Shown one piece after another: positions 25,183 to 33,326 of a DNA stretch of 33,326 bases. Under the pieces are notes generated by a model, which made no database searches, was not told the DNA's origin, and was given only the letters and a program-made list of their open reading frames with translations. How positions within the stretch are numbered: the stretch's first letter is position 1; every line of letters begins with the position of its first letter. This DNA is from Eledone cirrhosa. Its lineage: Eukaryota. The DNA is taken from NCBI GenBank assembly GCA_964016885.1, contig CAXHJY010000171.1, forward strand, positions 1-33,326, in the 5' to 3' direction. A program made the position numbers and the translations under genes.

Positions 25183-25510
25183 TTTCATATCAATACTAGT
25201 GAGGACACGCTATCTTAAATATAGTATATTTTCCTATCAATACTAGCGTGGACACGCTATCTTAAAGATAGTGTATTTTCATATCAATAATAGTGAGGAC
25301 ACGCTATCTTAAATATAGTATATTTTCATATCAATACTAGCACAGACACGCTATCTTAAAGAAAGTATATTTTCATATCAATACAAACGTGGACACATTA
25401 TCATATAGATGGTGTAGTTTCATATCAATACTAGCACGGACAGGCTATCTTAAAGACAGTGTATTTTCATATCAATACAAGCACGGACAGACTATCTTAA
25501 ATACTGTATT
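25183..25510. repeat. 47-bp minisatellite, 7 copies
   Basis: Unit TTTCATATCAATACTAG(TGA/CGT/CAC)GGACACGCTATCTTAAA(T/G)ATAGT(A/G)TAT; units start at 25183, 25230 and so on. Confidence 0.92.
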
Positions 25511-25758
25511 TGTTATTGAGATTAATTCTTGTATATAGCAATCTTCCTTTACCAAGGGGAATCCGTTGGCGAGGACCTCAGTGAATAACCCGAGAAATGT
25601 CGTAGGCGGCTGTTCGATTTATTATTTTTAAGATGGTGGGATGTGTGGGGACATTTGTTTGTTTATTTCTAACTCACGTAGGTTTATGATGAAAGCTTTA
25701 TTGGACAATGCAATCATTTCCTCGTTAAATAGATTTAACAAACTTATCTTCCTCGCTA

Positions 25759-25894
25759 TGGACGATGGCTTAACAGAATGGTTAGAACGTCGAACAAAAT
25801 GTACTTGTATTTGTCTATATATGTTCTGAGCTCAAATCTCGTGAGACCGACTTTCCTTTTCATACTTCCGAGATTGATAGAATATAGTACCAGT
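25759..25894 (+). mobile_element. Old diverged SINE family A relative
   Basis: CAGAATGGTTAGAACGTCGAACAAAATG..GTTCTGAGCTCAAATCTC..GACTTTCCTTTTCATACTTCCGAGATTGATAG..AGTACCAGT. Confidence 0.65.
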
Positions 25895-25904
25895 CTAGTA
25901 CTAT

Positions 25905-26046
25905 TACATCATCATCAACTTCAGCATATCAGCAGTATTAGTAGCAGCACCAGCAGTTTCATCAGCAGCATCACCACCAACAGCATCAATAGGATCAGTA
26001 AGCGCATCATCGACATCATCAGCAGCAGTAGCAATAGCACCATCAT

Positions 26047-26080
<34 letters not shown>

Positions 26081-26299
26081 AATAGCAGTAACATCATCAT
26101 CATCAACAATATCATCATCGGCAGCACCACCTCCAGCAGTACCATCAGCAGCACCACCATTAGCAGTATCATCATCATCATCATCATCATCAGCAGTATC
26201 AGCACCAGCAGTATCATCATCAGCAGCACCACTACAAGCAGTATCATCATCAGCAGCAGTAACAGCAGCATCATCATCAGCAGCAGTCTCATCAACAGT
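25905..26299. repeat. Degenerate (CAG/CAT/CAC)n trinucleotide tract
   Basis: Directly visible. Confidence 0.9.
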
Positions 26300-26324
26300 A
26301 TATATGTGAATTTGTGAATGCATG

Positions 26325-26912
26325 AGTATGTGTGTGTCTGTGTGAATCTGTGTGTATATGTGTGTATCTGTGTGTGTCTGTGTGAATCTGTGTGTATATG
26401 TGTGTATCTGTGTGTGTATATGTGTGTCTGTGTGTATATGTGTATGTATATGTGTGTATCTGTGTGTATATGTGTGTATCTGTGTATATGTGTGTCAGTG
26501 TGTATCTGTGTGTATATGTGTATATATGTGTATATGTGTGTATATATGTGTGTATGTGTATATATGTGTGTATATGTGTGTATATGTGTGTATATGTGTG
26601 TGTGTGTGTATATCTGTGTGTATATGTGTATATCTATGTGTACATCTGTCTATATGTGTGTATCTGTGTGTATATGTGTGTATATGTGTGCATCTGTGTG
26701 TATATGTGTGTATATGTTTGTATCTGTGTATATGTGTATATGTGTGTATGTGTGTGTGTATCTGTGTCAGTGTGTATATGTGTATATCTGTGTGTATCTG
26801 TGTGTGTATGTGTATATATGTGTGTATATCTGTGTGTATATGTGTGTGTATATGTGTGTATCCGTGTGTATATGTGTATATATGTGTGTATCTGTATATA
26901 TATGCATGTGTG
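26325..26912. repeat. (TG)-rich compound microsatellite with TGTGTATA/TGTGTATC units
   Basis: Directly visible. Confidence 0.95.
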
Positions 26913-27138
26913 CGAGCTCGGCCTTATGAGTGAGTATGTGTGAAAGTAATGTAGAAATACATTGATTTTCTATAATTCCTATATCTGCTGGCAGATTTTC
27001 CAAAAGAGTATTATCACTGATCTGATGTCAAAACATTTCGTTTTCTCTTTATTTCTTTACATAATTTTTGGCTATCAAAGTCTGGTGTTAAATCGATTAA
27101 AATATATTGCTATATTCAAATAATTTTACTTTTCATTT

Positions 27139-27180
27139 AACACACAAACACAAACACATATGTGTATATGTGTATATGTA

Positions 27181-27246
<66 letters not shown>

Positions 27247-27428
27247 TATACATATATATACACACACACACGTATATATAGATATATGTATATTTATACA
27301 TATATATATATACATATATATACACACATATATGTATATATATATATATATATACACATACATATATATACACACACATATATATATATATATACACATA
27401 TACATATATGTATATACACACACACACG

Positions 27429-27481
<53 letters not shown>

Positions 27482-27699
27482 ATATATATGTATATATATA
27501 TGTATAAATATACATATATATATACGTGTGTATATATATATGTATATATATGTGTATAAATATACATATATATATATATATATGTGTGTGTGTGTATATG
27601 TATATATATATGTATAAATATACATATATATATATACGTGTGTTTGTATATATATGTATGTATATGTATATATATATATATGTGTGTGTGTATATATAT

Positions 27700-27730
<31 letters not shown>

Positions 27731-27828
27731 ATGTGTGTGTGTGTGTATATATGTATAAATATACATATATATATATATATATATACGTGTGTGTTTATGT
27801 ATATATATATATGTGTGTGTATATATGT
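27139..27828. repeat. Compound (TA)/(CA)/(TG) microsatellite
   Basis: Directly visible. Confidence 0.95.
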
Positions 27829-27829
27829 A

Positions 27830-28358
27830 ACTTCTCGCGTTTATGCCAAACCCATCCATTACTGCTTTTAAGAGCGCACACAACCCCCGTAACACCCTGG
27901 TTCGCAGTTCCTTCCGTCCTCTCCCACGACTCCACCCGGCTATCATCCTTGTTCTCGCCCGCGCTGCAACACTTGCCCCTTCATTTCCACCCTCACCACT
28001 CTTACAGGCCCTAACGGGTCTTTCCGTATCCGCCACTCTTTCACCTGCACATCCACCCACGTTGTCTATGGCCGCCGGTGTTCCCTTTGCGGGTCTTTAT
28101 ACATCGGACAAACGGGACGTCGTATGGCGGACGGTTTTGCTGAGCATTTGAGGGACGTACGACTCGGTTTGGATACTCCTGTCGCCCGTCGCCCGTCATT
28201 TCTGTTCTCCTGGTCATTCTTCCCTACATGTTTCACCCCTGGGTGTCCTTTTACATCATGGATCACAGGCCTCGCGCACCAGGACTGAACAAAGTCTGAT
28301 TCACCGCCTTGGGTCCTATTCCTCTCTTGGACTCAACTCACCTCCCCAATTTCTTTAA
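27830..28358 (+). pseudogene. Penelope-like element (Neptune-type) ORF C-terminus: Cys-rich linker plus GIY-YIG endonuclease
   Basis: [17 protein letters not shown] / [55 protein letters not shown] / HFCSPGHS..RTRTEQSLIHRLGSYSSLGLN..stop at 28356-58. YIGQTG is at 28100-28117. Two frameshifts, one from a 7-bp duplication (GTCGCCC). Confidence 0.92.
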
Positions 28359-28691
28359 TACCACGTCCATTATCACGCGCTTGTACATTCACCCCTAGAT
28401 CCCCATCGCTCTCTCTCCATCATTAACATCTTCTCTTACAACTAGTACAGACCGACTAAATAGGCTCACTCCACTTTTCCCTTCACAGCTCTGTATACAC
28501 ACATACACACCCTTATATTAACATACTTTTACTCATAGCTTCGTACTTACATGCACACACACTCTTTTACTTACACATACACGCACATTTCTTCTTAGCT
28601 TCGTACAGACTTATAATAACACACACACACACATCTATATATTTGAATTTGTTTTGCAAGATTCCTTATCCGAAAACGTGTGTTGAAACAA

Positions 28692-28927
28692 ATATTGTTA
28701 CACTTTTGGAGGGTCATGCTGTAGGACAGGACAAAGGAGAGACACAAGATAACAAATCAGTCACTGAGGAGGTCACGGAATGTGTGACGAAATAGCTTTG
28801 AAAATATATATAAACAACCATCTGTTTATTGAACCAGCCAACTGGAAATTTATAATAAATTGAAGTGAAAACCAACAGGTGCGTGTGTTTTTATTGGCAG
28901 CATGACCCTCCCAAAGTATAACAATAT
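28692..28927 (+). mobile_element. Short pLTR-like fold-back element with 30-bp inverted ends and a hammerhead-like core
   Basis: 28692-28721 and 28898-28927 are inverted (2 mismatches). Inside: TCA-CTGAGGA(28764-70)-G-GTCAC..GTGAC-GAAA(28789-92)-TAGCTT-TGA. Confidence 0.55.
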
Positions 28928-29148
28928 ATATTTGAATTTTCTTGAAAAAGCTGAAAATTTATGTCTGTAAGACAATGTTTAACCATTTTAATTAACTATT
29001 TTAATTACGGTAATTGGTATTTTTGACAGATCCGAAACCGCGGTCTAAGCAATTATGATTGAATCTACAGAAGTGTGTTTGCTTTTAAATGTATTTTGTT
29101 TACTATGCTTTGTTTTACTATATATATATATATTGAGATAGATAGATA

Positions 29149-29367
29149 TCGACAGTCGATCGACTTTCCGTCAAATCGGACCGAGGAAACAATGTTTCCA
29201 TTGGTCTTTCCAATTGCTAATACTATCTATCGGTCGCAAGTCCAGGTAGAAGGAGCAATGTGAAATAAAGTGTCTTGCTCAAGGACATAACGCACCACCC
29301 GGTCCAGAAATCGAACTCACAACTACACGATTGCGAATCCATTTCTCTAACCACTCAGCCACGCGCG
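29149..29367 (-). mobile_element. Full-length CORE-like SINE family B
   Basis: Reverse complement of the 8959/9193 copies, from GCGCGTGGCTGAGTGGTTAG to GTCGATCGACTGTCGA. Confidence 0.9.
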
Positions 29368-29390
29368 TTCACTATGTGTGTGTGTGTGAA

Positions 29391-29426
29391 AAGAGTCAGG
29401 ACCCTGACGGCTGAGCTCCGGCCGTT

Positions 29427-29430
<4 letters not shown>
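29391..29430 (-). mobile_element. Family P fragment (copy D)
   Basis: GGACCCTGACGGCTGAGCTCCGGCCGTTTCGA, next to (TA)n. Confidence 0.7.
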
Positions 29431-29464
<34 letters not shown>

Positions 29465-29467
<3 letters not shown>

Positions 29468-29655
29468 CGAAGGAAATGTGGTAAGGAACCAGGTGGACCA
29501 TAACGCACCAAAGTACTCAATACTTAGGGTAGTAGAGTGGGTAATAGGAACGAGTAGGACCCCGACGGCTGAGCTCAAGCCGTTTCGACGGCTAATTCTG
29601 GACACGAATTAGCCGTCGAAACGGCTTGAACTCAGCCGTCGGGGTCCTACTCGTT

Positions 29656-29659
<4 letters not shown>
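29465..29659 (-). mobile_element. Family P fold-back element (copy B) with a 54-bp-arm palindrome, between two (TA)n tracts
   Basis: Arms 29545-29598 and 29606-29659 (1 mismatch), loop TGGACAC. The 80-bp tail 29465-29544 matches 17488-17567. Confidence 0.8.
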
Positions 29660-29707
<48 letters not shown>

Positions 29708-29709
29708 AA

Positions 29710-29740
<31 letters not shown>

Positions 29741-30114
29741 GGAATGTTTACCGTTGGCAGGCGATCCCCTATTTTCTATTTTTCTATTCTCTGTTTGTGT
29801 TCGACGCAATCCTGTTATCATATGTAACTAATTCTTCAATTATCACCGATGAAATCTCCTAAGCTTGCATCATGATCGGATGATAAAGCTGGGCCATCGA
29901 AATTTATGTAGATTTCCAGTGTAATCTTCTGTTGTATTTAATGAATACTTAACTCCGTTCCTGCACCAGCCACGAGATACACCTATGATGGATGACCTGC
30001 ATAACGTGTAAATATGGTATCCCATTCAGTGCTTTAATTTATTGCATCATCGTTTACTAACCGGAACCACCAGTTCTACTCCTTAGTAACCAACCTAATA
30101 TATATATATATATA

Positions 30115-30192
30115 TAGGAACCAGTAAGACTCAGTCCAGAATTAGCCGTCGAAACGGCTTGAGCTCAGCTGTCGGGGTCTTACTGATTCCTA
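30115..30192 (+). mobile_element. Family P fold-back element (copy C)
   Basis: TAGGAACCAGTAAGACTC..GTCCAGAATTAGCCGTCGAAACGGCTTGAGCTCAGCTGTCGGGGTCTTACTGATTCCTA, directly after (TA)n. Confidence 0.75.
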
Positions 30193-30283
30193 AAGCAAAA
30201 AGGATATTCAATTTGTTGGTAATTCAAGAAATATAAATGTTTATAACTGATTCAAAGCACTCGACAGTTTTCTGGAGTATAAT

Positions 30284-30728
30284 ATTCAATGATATTAAAT
30301 AAATGGAAACTATATTTATTAAACCATATTTATTCTATTATATATATTTCAAGGGTACCAAAACTTTGGTACGCTCTCAAAAGATAAAATACAAAGTTTG
30401 TTTTATAAATATTGACATAACCAGAAAAAATACCTTAACGGTTCAAGTTTTCCAGGAAGTTTTGGTACCCTTGAAATATATATAATAGAATAAATATGGT
30501 TTTATAAATATAGTTTCCATTTATTTAATATCATTGAATTGTATATATATACAATTCAATGATAATAGAATAAATATAGTTTCCATTTATTTAATATCAT
30601 TGAATTGTATATATATACAATTCAATATCATTGAATTGTATATATATATATACAATTCAATGATATTAAATAAATGGAAACTATATTTATAAAACCATAT
30701 TTATTCTATTATATATATTTCAAGGGTA
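30284..30728. repeat. Alternating-orientation array of an ~83-bp unit joined by TA palindromes
   Basis: 30284-30366 (+), 30457-30539 (inverted), partial inverted copy at about 30566-30605, and 30655-30728 (+). Junctions read GAATTG(TA)nCAATTC. Confidence 0.85.
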
Positions 30729-31299
30729 TGTAGTTATTATTGGGAGGTTCTCCGTTTCTTTGAAATATATGAATACTTAATATATATTTGTTCAATATAT
30801 AAGCTATCATAAATGTTTGGTATTTTGTGTTCGGCATTATTTAATAAAGTGTGATCAATCGGTCAATTAACAAGAATTAAGAAACATTTGAATTTGAGAC
30901 CCTTTTCTGTGATATTTATAGACAAAAAAATGGGAATAAATCTCAGCTTGGAATCGAAACAGAGCTGTAGATTCGGCTCAACAAAACTATAACCCACATT
31001 TAAAGGCATTCACTCTTCACATACGGAAACATATGGAGAGATAATGTACTGGTATTAACTATTTCTCCTGAGCAAAAATGTTTCCAATTATGAGCGAATA
31101 TAGTTATATTAATATCCACCTTTTAATTGAGATTAATTAGCATAAACTATAGCAATACTAAAGACAACATTTAGAGATTTATTAAGGATTCATCATATTA
31201 TCTCACTGCAGATCAGAATAGATTTGAGCGGATCAGAGTAGATTTGCGCCAACATTAATTGACATATAATATCACTTCTATTACATTCAGGCGTAGACG

Positions 31300-31469
31300 C
31301 CTACGCACGTGCACACACGCATACACACACGCGTATATAAATACAGATAGACACACACACACTAACACACACACACACAACCACAGATAGACACATACAT
31401 ACGCACATGCACACGCCACGCGTGCTTATAATTACAGACAGAGACACACACACTAGTGTTCATGTAAAC

Positions 31470-31500
<31 letters not shown>

Positions 31501-32097
31501 GAGACACACACACACTCGGGCACATATAACGACAGACAGAGACATACAAACGCATATAAACACAGAGACATACACACACGCGCGCATGCATATAAGCACA
31601 CCCACCCACGTGCGCGCGCATATAAACACAGAGATGTACATAAACATACATATGTATATAAACACATATAGAGACATATATACATACACGCACACATTTA
31701 ACAAGGCCAGGAATGTATTTACAGGTGCTGTCGCATATGTGTACTCTGTATGTTTCATTTCTGTCTTCCTGCTCTGTCTATATCAAACATACACATTCTC
31801 TATCTGTATACATACATATATGTATGTATATACACATACATACGTGCATACATACATACGTACGTACGTTCATACGTACGTAGGTATGAACGTACGTACA
31901 TTCATACGTACGTACGTAGGTATAAACGTACGTACATTCATACGTACGTTCATAAGTACATACATACATACATACATACATATGTACGTACGTACGTACG
32001 TGCGTACATACATACATACTTACGTACGTACATAATACGTACATATATTCATTCATACTTACATATATACATACTTACATATATATACATACGCATA
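31300..32097. repeat. Compound microsatellites: (CA)/(GA)/(CG) then (TACG)/(TACA)
   Basis: Directly visible. Confidence 0.9.
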
Positions 32098-32569
32098 TGA
32101 AGGCTGCAACTCGTTTCGAGTAATGCCATCGCTTGATACTTAAACGTGGCCCTTTCGTCCTGCTGGGGACTTACATATGGCCAGCAATGCCATGTACCGC
32201 AAACAATGTCACATATCAAGCGATGCCTGTACTTGAAGATGTTTTAAGTGAGGAAAACCTTTGCACGGAACCAATCCCAGTCTCTGAACATCAAATGCAT
32301 TTGCCCAAAAAGAACTGGTCTGCATCATTGGATGCAAACAGAATCGCAGGTTTTATATCAGAGTGACCTTTCCCTGGAGACATGTCTTAATGAAGACTAG
32401 GAGTCTATCGCACCAACAACTTTATTGGATGGCCGTTGACTCTCCTGAGTTTCTCCGCCCTTTGACGGGTTTTGTTTTTCATCACGCATACATACGTACA
32501 TACATACATGCATACATGTATGTGCATATATAACTATGTATGTATGCATATGCCAGGCATCATATCATG

Positions 32570-33326
32570 CAGTTGGAAAGTTTCGCTAACATTGTATCCG
32601 TCACGTCTTACACATCAAGTGATCCTCTAACACATCTGCTACTATTGTACGCGAGAAAGTGGGTAGCACCAGTATTGAGAAGAGGATAATTATGAACCAG
32701 ATGCATTGGGCTGGTCATGGGGTCAGGATGGAAGATGGAAGCCTGCCTAAATAGTTATTTTATGGGGAGTTGACAGAGAGAAAAAAGCACAGCATAAACA
32801 AAAGAAGCGGTTTAACGGTGTCATAAAACACAATCTTACAGCTTTGAAGATTGATAATGAGAACTGGGAGGCATTGACTGAAGGCCGGACACCATGGAGA
32901 AAGATCAAGTATGGATGTGATGACTTTTAGCAAAAGTGAGTGGAGCATGGTGCTTTGAAGCGTTCACTTCCGTAAGCGAGACCCATGTGCAGTGCCTGAA
33001 AAAATTCAGCAGGAATTGAGGTGCAATGTGTGTGGACGATTTCTTCTATCAAGAGTTGGATTTGTCAACCATCTAAAGTCACATGAGCCAAGGAGAAATC
33101 GAACCACTTGTGAGATGGTTCTACCGGCACGCCTTCAACGGTATAATTGCAATGAGTAGGGCTTAATTTTTGCAAGTCAGCTGGTGTACTGACCAGACAT
33201 GGTAAAATACATGAAGACACAACCCAGCCGGTTATGCCAGGAGACAGACAGGTCAAGTGAAATATCTGTGAACGTGTTTGCAAAACAAAAGCGAGTCTGA
33301 AAGGCCACCTGCGTGCACATAATCGT
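32570..33326 (+). pseudogene. RTE (BovB-like) LINE ORF2 C-terminus with three C2H2 zinc fingers, decayed
   Basis: HCIRHVLHIK*..SIEKRIIMNQMHWAGHGVRMEDGSLPK*LFYGEL..QKKRFNGVIKHNL..ENWEALTEGRTPWRK. Then CNVCGRFLLSRVGFVNHLKSH, CNE*G..KSAGVLTRHGKIH and *NICERVCKTKASLKGHLRAH. Confidence 0.85.

Noticed and set aside
25183-25510. CRISPR-like look of the 47-bp repeats
   Set aside because: Units are contiguous with no unique spacers, there are no cas genes, and the context is eukaryotic; this is a minisatellite.
25778-26323. Ser/Ile-, Leu- or Asp/Ala-rich ORFs
   Set aside because: Translations of a CAG/CAT trinucleotide tract starting within a SINE relic; no splice or domain evidence.
29843-29925. 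CCGATGA..CGAAA in a TA-flanked segment
   Set aside because: The core has a U>C change and stems I and III are unconvincing. It may be a decayed pLTR but cannot be supported.
32147-32195. HDV-like ribozyme candidate (CGTGGC/GCCATG pairing)
   Set aside because: Could not assign P1, P3 or P1.1; more likely a degenerate LINE end.

Overview
AT-rich eukaryotic non-coding DNA with no convincing host protein-coding gene. The long ORFs in the track are artefacts of microsatellites. The repeat content (very long TA/TG/CA microsatellites, two tRNA-derived SINE families, RTE LINEs) suggests a cephalopod genome, probably octopus; this is an inference. The window holds many decayed transposons: about 13 copies or fragments of one tRNA-derived SINE, 3 copies of a CORE-like SINE, several RTE-clade LINE fragments (one with three C2H2 fingers, one with a 5' inversion), a Tigger/pogo transposase pseudogene, hAT-type MITEs and a Penelope-like GIY-YIG endonuclease fragment. 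The most interesting signal is a set of short fold-back (inverted-repeat) elements from several unrelated sequence families, most lying in or beside (TA)n tracts. Most carry a complete or partial type I hammerhead ribozyme motif, consistent with Penelope-like pseudo-LTRs or small non-autonomous ribozyme-bearing retroelements.
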